Part shown: one piece after another, positions 38,292-47,456 of the stretch
How the letters are laid out: the number at the start of each line of letters is the position of its first letter
How positions within the stretch are numbered: the first letter of the stretch is position 1
Virus record (IMG/VR): IMGVR_UViG_3300027976_000028
Coordinates: 2,055-66,054 of that record
Length of the DNA: 64,000 bases
Origin: a virus
Reading direction: 5' to 3' (one strand)
Notes under the pieces: generated by a model
Told to the model about the DNA's origin: nothing
Seen by the model: the letters and a program-made list of their open reading frames with translations, nothing else
The model's database searches: none
Made by a program: the position numbers and the translations under genes

Positions 38292-38869
38292 TTCTCTAAA
38301 GTAACAATCTTATAGATGTCGTTCCACGTTTGCACACGTGGAACGATTCCATTATATGAGGTGTTATGCGGGTTATTCATAAGCAATGGGCGTAACCCGT
38401 ATTTGTAGGCAAGTTCTGAGTTACTTGGTTTATCCTCAATCCAAAAATATCCACTATCCTTATAGTGCATTAACTGTTCACCCTTGTCATGATGTATGCC
38501 CAATACGTACAGTTCGTTTATTGCATCGGCACCAAATACATTATCCAAATTTCGTCTACGTAAGCCACATGTCCATGGATGGGAACCAGCGGTAGTTATT
38601 GCGATAATCTTATAACCTGCATCTTTGAATTTACGTATACCTTCTACACTGTCTCTCCACGGAGACAACGATTCAAAGTCAGAAGATGCATTAAATTTGG
38701 AAATTAATTCAAGGCTAGCTGCATGGGTGAGTCCCAATTGTTTGCCAAGGCTGTATTCATTCATATACCTGTCATCAAATGTATGACCAAGACGAATTGC
38801 AAAGGTTTTAAACTTAGCTTCCCAATCCAAAATTACGCCGTCGCAATCTGTCAAAAGTACTTTATCCAC
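38288..38869 (-). CDS. HAD-superfamily 5'(3')-nucleotidase-like protein
   Basis: LTDCDGVILDW motif I; WIEDKPSN motif. Confidence 0.8.
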   Translation of the reverse strand: MDKVLLTDCDGVILDWEAKFKTFAIRLGHTFDDRYMNEYSLGKQLGLTHAASLELISKFNASSDFESLSPWRDSVEGIRKFKDAGYKIIAITTAGSHPWTCGLRRRNLDNVFGADAINELYVLGIHHDKGEQLMHYKDSGYFWIEDKPSNSELAYKYGLRPLLMNNPHNTSYNGIVPRVQTWNDIYKIVTLEN

Positions 38870-39791
38870 GGGCTAATATTTCCAATTCACAAAGAGTTGC
38901 ACTCAAATTGATCTCGGCATCTGCACATAGGGAATGGTTCACTAGCCCTTTGCGGATTAACAACAATGCTTGATCTTGTATGTCACTATCAAGGCCCCAA
39001 AGGTCAAGGTTGCGATACATAAAGCGGAACATATCTTCATATTCCTCTAATGTGATTTGTTTAATAATCAAATCGCGAGCTTCGCGATAACGTCCTTTAT
39101 GAAACAAGTCAACCATAGCGAGTTTGTAGTCACTTTCAGCGTCATCAGCTTTTACAGCTTCCAACTTGCCCGACGCACTGCGCATCTGTATCGTATTAAT
39201 TGCCTTCCGTAAATCTGGATAGCACGCCTTCACATACATGTCAAGAGTTGCTAGATCAAAATCAATATTTTCAGTAATAAGGATAGTGGCCAAGCGGGCA
39301 GTGAATTCAGTTTGGTCGACATTCTTAAATGCCATTGTTTGCAGCCGAGAATGCAATGCTGGAATGATTTTGTTTGGATAGTTGCAAGTTAGTATAAAGC
39401 GTACACCATCACTGTACTGTTCAAGCATCCCTCGTAGAATTGCTTGTGCAGGTGGCGATATAAAATCTGACTCGTCAAGTAGTACAACTTTGAACTTTCC
39501 CATTGGCATCGTGCTGCAGAAATTGGTTATCTTATTGCGTAAAATATCAACCCCGTTATCACGTGAGGCGTTTAGGTGCATAAAGTCCCCTGGATCAATA
39601 GCAAGTTCGTTGACTAATATTTTGGCCAGTGTAGTTTTTCCAGTGCCTGCCGAACCCGACAGCAGGAGGTGTGGGATATATTGATCCTTAATCCAAGTCT
39701 TAATCGTATTTTCTTGTTCTTTGTTTATCCAAACATAATCGCTTACTGTTGCAGGCCGATACAACTCTACCCATAATGGTTTAATTGACAT
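38862..39791 (-). CDS. Sliding-clamp loader ATPase subunit (T4 gp44/RFC-small-like)
   Basis: LWVELYRP, GSAGTGKT, LNASRDNG, LDESD, LHSRL. Confidence 0.92.
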   Translation of the reverse strand: MSIKPLWVELYRPATVSDYVWINKEQENTIKTWIKDQYIPHLLLSGSAGTGKTTLAKILVNELAIDPGDFMHLNASRDNGVDILRNKITNFCSTMPMGKFKVVLLDESDFISPPAQAILRGMLEQYSDGVRFILTCNYPNKIIPALHSRLQTMAFKNVDQTEFTARLATILITENIDFDLATLDMYVKACYPDLRKAINTIQMRSASGKLEAVKADDAESDYKLAMVDLFHKGRYREARDLIIKQITLEEYEDMFRFMYRNLDLWGLDSDIQDQALLLIRKGLVNHSLCADAEINLSATLCELEILARG

Positions 39792-39859
39792 TTACTTCCT
39801 CTTCTGATGTTAGTATGCAGTATAACATTATTCCAGGACAATTGTCAATAGCTTGTTGT

Positions 39860-40027
39860 TCAAACCACCTCTTCGATTACTCCAAGGACCTCAGCGATAA
39901 TGAACAGTACACCAGCAGTAACAAGACTACCGCCAATTAATGCTACGCCTGCAATAATTCTGATTGCACTCTTGGCAAGGCTTACATAAAAGTGGCCTTT
40001 GCTTGTATCTTTAGTTTGAATATTCAT
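39860..40027 (-). CDS. Small membrane protein
   Basis: Hydrophobic 55-aa ORF from MNIQTKD. Confidence 0.55.
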   Translation of the reverse strand: MNIQTKDTSKGHFYVSLAKSAIRIIAGVALIGGSLVTAGVLFIIAEVLGVIEEVV

Positions 40028-40029
40028 TG

Positions 40030-40611
40030 CTATGTTCTCCATTTGAATTCTGTAAAATGTGTGTTGCGATACTTAGTTAACCATTCAAGGGCTCGATTAC
40101 TATCTGCAGCCCACCCCGGTAAATATGAGTCAAATTCTTCTTGGGTGTGGCGTTCCCACTCTATGCTTTTTGTTGGTACTACGTTAGCAGCAAGGTGTTC
40201 AATTGCTTCATCAAGTGTTCGTTTACTATTATCACCAAAAGCCAGGTTGATATTATATGCAGCGTGCTTATCAAGCCCCTTGATAGTATCAATGCCCAAC
40301 ATTCCTTCTACATGACATTTCTCACAAGAACATGGAATACATGTGCAATCTCCGGCGTGCCTATTCATCAACTCAGAAATATAGCATTCGAATAGCTCGT
40401 TGACGCGGTTGTCAACAAAGTTTACTTCGTTGGGCTTTACAATTCTACGAACCCGTTTAACGTCAAAATACTTTTCGCCAAGGTAAAAATGCGCCTCGAA
40501 AATAATATCTTCGTATTCTTTAAGCTTAATTTTGTACCACAGTTCCTTCTTCTCTTGCCCATCAAGTTCAACAGTAGTCCGAAGAGGATTTTGTGCGTAT
40601 GTGATTCTCAT
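40030..40611 (-). CDS. Hypothetical protein with a Cys/His cluster
   Basis: HAGDCTCIPCSCEKCH. Confidence 0.7.
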   Translation of the reverse strand: MRITYAQNPLRTTVELDGQEKKELWYKIKLKEYEDIIFEAHFYLGEKYFDVKRVRRIVKPNEVNFVDNRVNELFECYISELMNRHAGDCTCIPCSCEKCHVEGMLGIDTIKGLDKHAAYNINLAFGDNSKRTLDEAIEHLAANVVPTKSIEWERHTQEEFDSYLPGWAADSNRALEWLTKYRNTHFTEFKWRT

Positions 40612-40802
40612 TGTTAGCTTATATTGTATTCAAAGTATACCAAGGACCAATTGTTTGTATCAGTTGCCTCTGGTGTACATGGACGTACCTTCAATATCCT
40701 GTGGCATTAAGCGAGTTAAGTTGTCTAACTAAATCTGCAATATCTGTCCAAGATATTGTTACTGAACTATAACTTACCCGCCTGAATACCATCGTTATTC
40801 TC

Positions 40803-41186
40803 TTATTGTAATATTGGTCGCAAAAATTCCGATGGGTCAATACTATCCGGTGCAGTACTTGTATTCCTGCCAATAAAGTCATCAAACGGTGCTTCATCTT
40901 GCACTGCAAGGATTTCATCATTGTCAAGCAGCACCAATTTAAGATCCTTGCCATTGTGTTCAATGGTGGTTTGGTTCGACCATCGACCATGTGCAACCAG
41001 TACATACTGGCCAGGAGTAACCCAATCAATTTTCTCGCCGACCATTTGAATTTTAGCCCAGCGTGGACGGATGCCGCGTTCTTTGCCGTTCTCTCCAGCG
41101 ATAATAATGCCAGCTTTTGTCACGCGCTCATCCATGCCAAGCAGAGTAGCAAGGATCTTCTTTGGTAAAGGTTTAATAGTTTGCAT
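40803..41186 (-). CDS. GroES-like co-chaperonin
   Basis: IKPLPKKIL..VTKAGIII..VGEKID.VTPGQYVL..NDEILAV. Confidence 0.75.
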   Translation of the reverse strand: MQTIKPLPKKILATLLGMDERVTKAGIIIAGENGKERGIRPRWAKIQMVGEKIDWVTPGQYVLVAHGRWSNQTTIEHNGKDLKLVLLDNDEILAVQDEAPFDDFIGRNTSTAPDSIDPSEFLRPILQ

Positions 41187-41554
41187 TATGTGTTTAGTGT
41201 AGGTAGTTCGATAATTTGGATGCTGCCGTCGCTATATTCAACTTCGGTGCTCAAGCCATCTGCAGATGGTCTGCTACTAACTATAGTTGGACCGGTAGGT
41301 GTCGACGCTGCTGGTCCAACTATAGTTTCGTCGGCTTTCAGACTAACTTGTTGCACACCTTTATTCTGCAATGCAGAATTAGCTCGACTAATAGTTTGGT
41401 TTGGAATGGTTACCTTTCCATAAGCATCAACGACATCGCCGCGGCCGTTCATTGAAGAATTGCCAACTGCCTTTGTGTCGCCATTTTTATCTGCAAACGC
41501 GCCCATATTAAACTCGCGCCCAGCATAAGTTTTGTACTTTGAATTTGCACTCAT
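41186..41554 (-). CDS. Hypothetical protein
   Basis: YKTYAGREFNM..AVGNSSMNGRGD; coupled ORF. Confidence 0.7.
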   Translation of the reverse strand: MSANSKYKTYAGREFNMGAFADKNGDTKAVGNSSMNGRGDVVDAYGKVTIPNQTISRANSALQNKGVQQVSLKADETIVGPAASTPTGPTIVSSRPSADGLSTEVEYSDGSIQIIELPTLNT

Positions 41555-42027
41555 CTTATAAATTCCCTTATATCTAAATTATATTTAACAGCATCAACTG
41601 AGTGTAGTCCTATCAAAAACAACAGATATGAAGATACACTTGATCCCCGTCCTACCCCCCACACTATGTTATTTTCTCGCATTACTCTAACCAAATAAAT
41701 CATAAAACGCAACATTGGTTCCATCTTACGTTCGCGATACAATACTAATTCTTCAACTACACGCATCGTTTCATCTAATGTAGTTACCTTCTCTGTAAAG
41801 TATATATCTAAATCTAACGCCAGTATATCAGACGGAACATTCCATTGTTGTAATGCTTCGTCTACTGTATTATGCAATGGCTTTGCTACAAATATTGGGT
41901 CTTGTCCAATCTCATAACACCCTAATATATAATCGTCTAACAACGAGTCATTGATAGTTAGTATGCCGCCCTTATTCTGGTATAATAACTCAACAAGATC
42001 TGACTCAGATAACATTGTCACGGGCAT
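41551..42027 (-). CDS. DNA polymerase III alpha (DnaE)-like fragment
   Basis: WGVGRGSSVSSYLLFLIGLHSVDAVKYNLDIREFIR*; ends before the PDxD motif. Confidence 0.75.
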   Translation of the reverse strand: MPVTMLSESDLVELLYQNKGGILTINDSLLDDYILGCYEIGQDPIFVAKPLHNTVDEALQQWNVPSDILALDLDIYFTEKVTTLDETMRVVEELVLYRERKMEPMLRFMIYLVRVMRENNIVWGVGRGSSVSSYLLFLIGLHSVDAVKYNLDIREFIR

Positions 42028-42248
42028 ATACTATCTTTAAATGGGTCATTATCACCTTTTTCTGCTGTAAATCTCTGCTTATATCCAATTTCAAACATTG
42101 CGCTTCTAATCGATTCTAAATGAGATAGCATTTGATTCATAGCTTCTTGATTGCTTCCGGCATTATATGCAGCCGTATATTTCTTACTGATAAACGATTG
42201 CCGTTCCATCAATTGATCAAAAGTCATAGTTAGATAATTTGCATCCAT
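42018..42248 (-). CDS. Hypothetical protein
   Basis: 76-aa helical ORF in the operon. Confidence 0.6.
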   Translation of the reverse strand: MDANYLTMTFDQLMERQSFISKKYTAAYNAGSNQEAMNQMLSHLESIRSAMFEIGYKQRFTAEKGDNDPFKDSICP

Positions 42249-42256
42249 AATTTAAG

Positions 42257-42583
42257 TTATACCGAAAAGCTTGATCCACACCCGCAACTAGATGTTGCTG
42301 AAGGATTGTTAATTGCAAAACTAGAGCCGTTTAAGTCATCCTTATAGGAAATTTCTGAATCACGCAGGTATTGCATACTCATTGAATCTACTACTACTTT
42401 AACACCTTCTTTGTCAAATGTAAAGTCGTCTTCGTTCGTTTCTTCATCAAACGAAAAGCCATATGACATACCAGAACACCCACCACCTTGCACAAATATT
42501 CTTAGGGACATGCTACTCAATGTATCATCTTCTGCAAAAATGCTTTTAATCTTTGTAACTGCTGATTCTGTAATGTTAATCAT
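42257..42583 (-). CDS. erpA: A-type Fe-S carrier ErpA/IscA
   Basis: [35 protein letters not shown]. Confidence 0.92.
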   Translation of the reverse strand: MINITESAVTKIKSIFAEDDTLSSMSLRIFVQGGGCSGMSYGFSFDEETNEDDFTFDKEGVKVVVDSMSMQYLRDSEISYKDDLNGSSFAINNPSATSSCGCGSSFSV

Positions 42584-42586
42584 ATA

Positions 42587-42793
42587 TTAACTCCTTGTTA
42601 TAATGTTAATTATCTCTTCCTTCTTATCGCGAGTATTTATGGTAATATCATGAACATGGGCGTATGCAATAACTTGCTTTTTTGTTAGCAGTGATAACTT
42701 GGCAGGATTGTGGCGTAAAGAAACAATCAAAGGTTCACTAATTGTTGCAATTGTATTATCAATTTCTATGCCAAGAAACGTTTTAATTGACAC
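42587..42793 (-). CDS. Small protein with a Rho-N/HeH-like helical pattern
   Basis: LTKKQVIAYAHVHDI..KKEEIINII. Confidence 0.45.
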   Translation of the reverse strand: MSIKTFLGIEIDNTIATISEPLIVSLRHNPAKLSLLTKKQVIAYAHVHDITINTRDKKEEIINIITRS

Positions 42794-43058
42794 TCTGTTC
42801 TCCTATGACTATACTTGCAAACATTGCGTCATTTTCATTCTCAAACAAAAAACAGGCATCGCCGTTTGCAGAAAATGCCCACCCGGTCCAGCCAAATGAC
42901 AACTCTTCCACTTTGTTAAGAATGTCATGTGGGATTCCTGCTTCACAAAACGGATTAAGTGGCTTACAAGCATAAACCGTTGACCATACTGTTTTCGGTT
43001 TTAAATCAGTTGAAAAACTATATGATTTCTTAAAGTCTCTTATGTCAAGTTGTTTCAT
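42783..43058 (-). CDS. Hypothetical protein (distant FxxxxD paralog)
   Basis: WTGWAF..FLFENENDAMF. Confidence 0.55.
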   Translation of the reverse strand: MKQLDIRDFKKSYSFSTDLKPKTVWSTVYACKPLNPFCEAGIPHDILNKVEELSFGWTGWAFSANGDACFLFENENDAMFASIVIGEQSVN

Positions 43059-43066
43059 TTCTTCGC

Positions 43067-43282
43067 TTATATGTAATAATAATCATTGTTTACTTCAGTA
43101 AATCGCTCTATAAAACTTTCAAGATAACAACGGTATTCTCTACATTCAACAGCAGCTGACCTATCTTTAGATTCTTCTCGATAATGAATCCACACACGTC
43201 CTTGCAGCTCACTCACGTGTATCACACGGAACTATCTGTGGCTTGGGCTGACCCATACACTGTCACTGTTCACTATCGTCAT
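43067..43282 (-). pseudogene. Small gene interrupted by an in-frame TAG
   Basis: MTIVNSDSVWVSPSHR*FRVIHVSELQGRVWIHY..REYRCYLESFIERF; TAG at 43232-43234. Confidence 0.5.
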
Positions 43283-43359
43283 GCCTAATCCTTTATTTGA
43301 AAACTTCCATGGCATCAGTTTCTATATTTTCTGTCATACGCAACATATACCTGTAGTTA

Positions 43360-43851
43360 TCAGTAATCCGCAAAAAGATCCTCGTTATCGTCTCTATGTC
43401 CTTGCCTACCAGCCATGTTGTTATCGGTTTCACGAACTTCAACTCTTGTGCACCAAACCCTTGCTGCTTCAGACGACCCGCAGTTTGGAAGGAATATGCC
43501 GTTAATATACTTATAAAGGAAATCTGCGATGCCCTCGCATCCAGTTTTCTCTACTTCTGTAATCTTTGCTAGGCCAAGTGTCTGTAAATTTTTAATTTCT
43601 GCATACAGCGGGTCATTTGTGGCCAATAATAAACAATGATCAAATTTATCTTCTAAGAATTCTTTAAGAGGTTTCAGCCCACCAAAATCAGTTACCCAGT
43701 TACGGGCATCTAGTGTGTCTGATTCAAATTCAAAATGGAATGACATGGCGTAACCGTGAATTTTGTTACAATGTGAGTCTGCACGCCATTGTCGATATGC
43801 GACTGGTCCCAGTTGTTTGTATGTTTTAGTACTAAAATATTTGTTTGCCAT
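43360..43851 (-). CDS. queD: 6-pyruvoyl-tetrahydropterin synthase / QueD-like protein
   Basis: HCNKIHGY..DFGGLK..FDH..E..A..VEVRETDNN; GGAG SD. Confidence 0.88.
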   Translation of the reverse strand: MANKYFSTKTYKQLGPVAYRQWRADSHCNKIHGYAMSFHFEFESDTLDARNWVTDFGGLKPLKEFLEDKFDHCLLLATNDPLYAEIKNLQTLGLAKITEVEKTGCEGIADFLYKYINGIFLPNCGSSEAARVWCTRVEVRETDNNMAGRQGHRDDNEDLFADY

Positions 43852-43876
43852 TGTTATCTCCTGTTTGATTAGCAAT

Positions 43877-43919
43877 GACATGCAGAGTTTCTAAAGCGGG
43901 ATGAATGCCTAAGTCCGCT
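43877..43919 (-). promoter_or_regulatory. Candidate pseudoknot in the queD 5' UTR
   Basis: P1 AGCGG/CCGCT; loop GGCAT complementary to downstream ATGTC; TATAAATA directly upstream. Confidence 0.4.
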
Positions 43920-43986
43920 GTTGTTATTTATACAGATGTTAACGACCTGATAACTCGTTAATGCCAAGTTTATTATACAATAATTT

Positions 43987-44015
43987 ATTATACAATAACA
44001 TTAAGGAAATGTCAA
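43987..44015 (-). promoter_or_regulatory. Sigma70 consensus promoter
   Basis: TTGACA-N17-TATAAT upstream of queD. Confidence 0.8.
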
Positions 44016-44032
44016 TACCTACGTGTCGATTC

Positions 44033-44848
44033 GGCTAAATAGAAGTGGTGACAGCCGCGGTACGGAAATACCCGCTGTCATTAGTCAACCAGATTAAGGA
44101 TTATATGACCAACAAAACTATTTATACAGCGATTTTCTATGTTTACGCTTATTTACGAAGTAAAGATTCAAAAACTGCAAAAGCTGGTACACCTTACTAT
44201 ATCGGTAAAGGAAAGGACCAAAGGGCATGGAATAAACATAGAAATGCACCTGTCCCAAACGATAAATCACATATCGTACTTCTTGAAACCAATTTAACTG
44301 AAATTGGAGCATTTGCAATCGAACGCAGAATGATTTGTTGGTATGGCAGAAAGGATCTTGGTGGTATTCTGCTCAATCGGACAGATGGCGGAGAAGGAGT
44401 AAGTGGGTATATTCGTTCAGTTGGATCAATTGCCAAGTCCACTGCTGCTAATATAGGTAGGGTTCATTCTACCAAATCAAAGGCAAAGATTTCAAAGGCA
44501 AATCTTGGGCAGAGACGCACAGAAGAACAAAAGGAAAAATATCGGCTGGTGCGCGGCGAGTTATATACACAAGGCATGTTCGGAAAAACACATTCGGAAG
44601 AATCCAAAGATAAAATGAGTGTTGCACAAACTGGACATATTTGTTCCAGTGAAACAAGGGTTAAAATTGGCGACAAAAACCGTGGGCGTACTCGATCTGA
44701 TGAATATAAGGCTACTAAGAGTACAGATATGTTAGGGGAAAATAATCACATGTTCGGAAAAACACATTCAGTAGAAACTAAGGCCAAAATTAGTGCTACA
44801 AAAAAACGTCAACATGCTGAATTAGCCTCTCAGCGTCAAAATCCTTAA
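44033..44848 (+). mobile_element. Intact GIY-YIG/NUMOD3 homing endonuclease cassette (copy 3; ORF 44105..44848)
   Basis: [35 protein letters not shown] plus four NUMOD3-like repeats (e.g. [13 protein letters not shown]); same 5' cassette. Confidence 0.88.
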
Positions 44849-45400
44849 TTTACTAAATGCCTGCTGCACGCCAACTAATTGATTATAGCAGTCTTGCAGC
44901 GCATGGTGAGCGCCACCTTTCTGCTTCTCAATATCAACCAGTGCCATTAATGTACGGGCGTCACGGGCCTGCCAATAAGACCACGCTACACCACGCTTCA
45001 ATTCACGTGAGAAGTGTTCCAGAATACCCAAGTCAAATCCTGTTCCATTTGCCCACATAGAATCAACTCCACCGCACCATTTGTGAAAGTCCTTAAGCAC
45101 ATCCCTAATGTCGTGCCTATCTTTTTCGTTGAACGCTTCTGCGCGAACTTCTTCGGCTTGCTTGCTCCACCATTCAAGTGTGGCATCATCAATAATATGA
45201 TCAAGCCCTTCAAAACTTTCAAAGCTTACGCGGCGGTAGAATGTGTCCATCTTTTCCATGGGGTTATTAGTATCATCAGCCCACGGATTAAATCGTATAG
45301 CCCCAATCGTCAGCATTAAACTGTTTGGTTTTGTGCCAAGTGTCTCCAAATCAACCATGATTTGATTACCTGGATTAGCAAAGTTAAATACTTTGTTCAT
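44822..45400 (-). CDS. DEDDh 3'-5' exonuclease (RNase T/exo VIII-like)
   Basis: [27 protein letters not shown]. Confidence 0.88.
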   Translation of the reverse strand: MNKVFNFANPGNQIMVDLETLGTKPNSLMLTIGAIRFNPWADDTNNPMEKMDTFYRRVSFESFEGLDHIIDDATLEWWSKQAEEVRAEAFNEKDRHDIRDVLKDFHKWCGGVDSMWANGTGFDLGILEHFSRELKRGVAWSYWQARDARTLMALVDIEKQKGGAHHALQDCYNQLVGVQQAFSKLRILTLRG

Positions 45401-45403
45401 AAG

Positions 45404-45766
45404 TTATCCCAACATTGTGCCCGAGCCAACCACTTCGCCGGCTTCGTTAATTTGAACATCGCGCCGCCCAATTGTAATCGACAATGTTTTCTCACCATCT
45501 TCGTTATCCAAGCTTGCTGTGACTAATCCTTCTTCGAGGAATGGTGTCCCAAAGTTTTGGTCGATGATCTCTTTGAGGCGTTCTAACGTAAGCATAAGTT
45601 TCTCCTGTGTTTCTGTTTTCTTTGTGAGGATGATTGTTCCATCTTCCTGCACATTCCATAGCAGTGTGTCACCAATTTCCCATCCAAAACTATCAGTAAA
45701 ACCTTCAGGGAATGGTAGGATAAGATCACCTGTTTCCAAATCTTCTATTAGCGTGACTGTAGTCAT
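45404..45766 (-). CDS. AbrB/MazE-like DNA-binding domain protein with C-terminal extension
   Basis: GDLILPFP..FGWEIGDTLLW..DGTIILTK. Confidence 0.65.
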   Translation of the reverse strand: MTTVTLIEDLETGDLILPFPEGFTDSFGWEIGDTLLWNVQEDGTIILTKKTETQEKLMLTLERLKEIIDQNFGTPFLEEGLVTASLDNEDGEKTLSITIGRRDVQINEAGEVVGSGTMLG

Positions 45767-45984
45767 TCTATTTCCTTACCGTTAAATCCTGTGGTTGACA
45801 ATATGTCAGTCGCCTGGACCGCAATTTGACGCATGTCATATGCACTTGGATAATGTCGCAGTACCCACCTAACCCGTTCGCGGACATCCTTTGGTACACG
45901 CGGGGTAACGCTTGGAGATGATAGGTCTTGTATTAACTTCATGCCCTCTAATAGAGCCCTGTAGCGTTCATCTGGGAGGGTCAT
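45763..45984 (-). CDS. Small protein resembling the BPSL0761 family
   Basis: MTLPDERYRAL..PRVPKDVRERVRWVLRHYP. Confidence 0.6.
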   Translation of the reverse strand: MTLPDERYRALLEGMKLIQDLSSPSVTPRVPKDVRERVRWVLRHYPSAYDMRQIAVQATDILSTTGFNGKEIE

Positions 45985-45992
45985 AATTTTTC

Positions 45993-46835
45993 TTAGGTCC
46001 AAAGGCCATGTCTAACTTTTATAAGTCGTATAAGCATTTCTTCATCTTCTTTTTCATAATCTGCTTCTATCTTAGTCAACAGCTTATGTGCTTTGTCAGT
46101 AGCTTTCTTAAGCACCGGATCCTTTGGTGGGTTGAAACTAAGCTTGCCGCCATTAGCAATACGCTGTGCCTCACACGATGCACCCCAGCCACTGGCTTCA
46201 TAAGGATCGGGACGCTTGCGATAAACCTCGGTCCACCAGGTGTACAAATCTAAGATTTCCTGTGCCTTAACAGCCTGTGGAGTTGGCTTACCAAAGTCTT
46301 TGTGACTTAAATCCATGCCATAGCTATCATCAACTTTAAGATTGCGTTGCCAATCTAGGTTATCGATACCTGCTTGTTTGCAGCGCCATACACGCCAACG
46401 AAACCAACCGGTTGCATAGAACGGAGCATTATATTTTTTACGTCCTTCTTCAGACCATGCAATGTTCCACCATGCCAGTTCTACTTCCACAAAGTCCACA
46501 AGCTCGTTGAAGAGGCAGGGAAGAAACCTGTTGCCAACATCGCTCCAATCGCCGGGTTTAATATCAACGCGAGAAGCAGTAAGGCAGTGAGTACGAGTGA
46601 CCCAACGATTGTTGATGTAGTACTTGACGGCATATATGCTCCTGACGGGCCATGTAACAAAATCTTGAATGTGACCCAGTGCTTCTTCGGCCATCCAGAA
46701 GCGAAAGCTGTGTTTCATTTGAGCCAGAGTATTCCAGTTGTCCCATTCTTCAGAGGTGCCTGCCTTCAGTTTAGCAGTGCCGCGGACCCAATCGCCGAAC
46801 TTTGAGCAGGACCAATATCTGCTGTGACTTGCCAT
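45993..46835 (-). CDS. Trp-rich hypothetical phage protein
   Basis: 280-aa ORF with AAGGAG SD and sigma70 promoter. Confidence 0.8.
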   Translation of the reverse strand: MASHSRYWSCSKFGDWVRGTAKLKAGTSEEWDNWNTLAQMKHSFRFWMAEEALGHIQDFVTWPVRSIYAVKYYINNRWVTRTHCLTASRVDIKPGDWSDVGNRFLPCLFNELVDFVEVELAWWNIAWSEEGRKKYNAPFYATGWFRWRVWRCKQAGIDNLDWQRNLKVDDSYGMDLSHKDFGKPTPQAVKAQEILDLYTWWTEVYRKRPDPYEASGWGASCEAQRIANGGKLSFNPPKDPVLKKATDKAHKLLTKIEADYEKEDEEMLIRLIKVRHGLWT

Positions 46836-46858
46836 CGTAATATACTCCTTATAATAAT

Positions 46859-46887
46859 ATTATACACTATAGTTGTCTCTATGTCAA
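46859..46887 (-). promoter_or_regulatory. Sigma70 consensus promoter
   Basis: TTGACA-N17-TATAAT. Confidence 0.8.
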
Positions 46888-47420
46888 TCGATTTCTAATT
46901 TATTTATAGTAACGCCTGCTTGTCTAAGAAAGGCAAGACCCGCGTCACTACGATAGTTGTCACGGTAAAATACTTGCGTAATACCACTTTGGTAGATCAT
47001 TTTTGCGCATTCAATACACGGAGCATGGGTTACAAACAACACCGCCCCTTCGCTTGATTCAGTACTTCGTGCAACATTTGCCAAGGCGTTGGCCACCGCG
47101 TGGAGGACCTCGGGTTTGGTTTTCAAACAATACCGGCGAAGTATCTCACAGCTCTCGTTTTCCCCTGCAACTACCACGGTTTCAGTAAGTGGCCACCGCG
47201 CATAAATCTCCTCGGCACCAAGCCATCCACCTGCACCCGGATCCATATACGCTTTATCTTCGCAGTTATTATCCCAACCGCTTGGCATGCCATTGTAGCC
47301 GATTGAGATGATACGGTCCTCTTTGACCAGGATAGCACCTACTTGCAATCGTTTGGCAGACGATAGCTTTGCATATATTTCTGCAACTTCCATGTGAGCT
47401 TTAATTATTTTTGGTTTCAT
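46884..47420 (-). CDS. dCMP deaminase-family protein (HAE motif reads HAV)
   Basis: RLQVGAILVK..GYNGMPSG..HAVANA..THAPCIECAK. Confidence 0.88.
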   Translation of the reverse strand: MKPKIIKAHMEVAEIYAKLSSAKRLQVGAILVKEDRIISIGYNGMPSGWDNNCEDKAYMDPGAGGWLGAEEIYARWPLTETVVVAGENESCEILRRYCLKTKPEVLHAVANALANVARSTESSEGAVLFVTHAPCIECAKMIYQSGITQVFYRDNYRSDAGLAFLRQAGVTINKLEID

Positions 47421-47456
47421 AATGAATAAGTATAGCATTAATATAAGGAGTTGTCA

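Noticed and set aside
40612-40792. Possible frameshifted small gene (MVFRRVSY..TGY* then LKVRPCTPE..)
   Set aside because: No recognisable family or slippery site; cannot distinguish a real gene from chance
43969-43998. 15-bp tandem duplication TTTATTATACAATAA
   Set aside because: Low-complexity AT-rich sequence overlapping a -10 box; probably slippage
11504-44107. The three hairpin cassettes as a CRISPR array or IS200/IS605 ends
   Set aside because: Copies are dispersed, have no spacers, and no cas, tnpA or tnpB gene is in the window; an HUH-type mechanism in trans cannot be excluded
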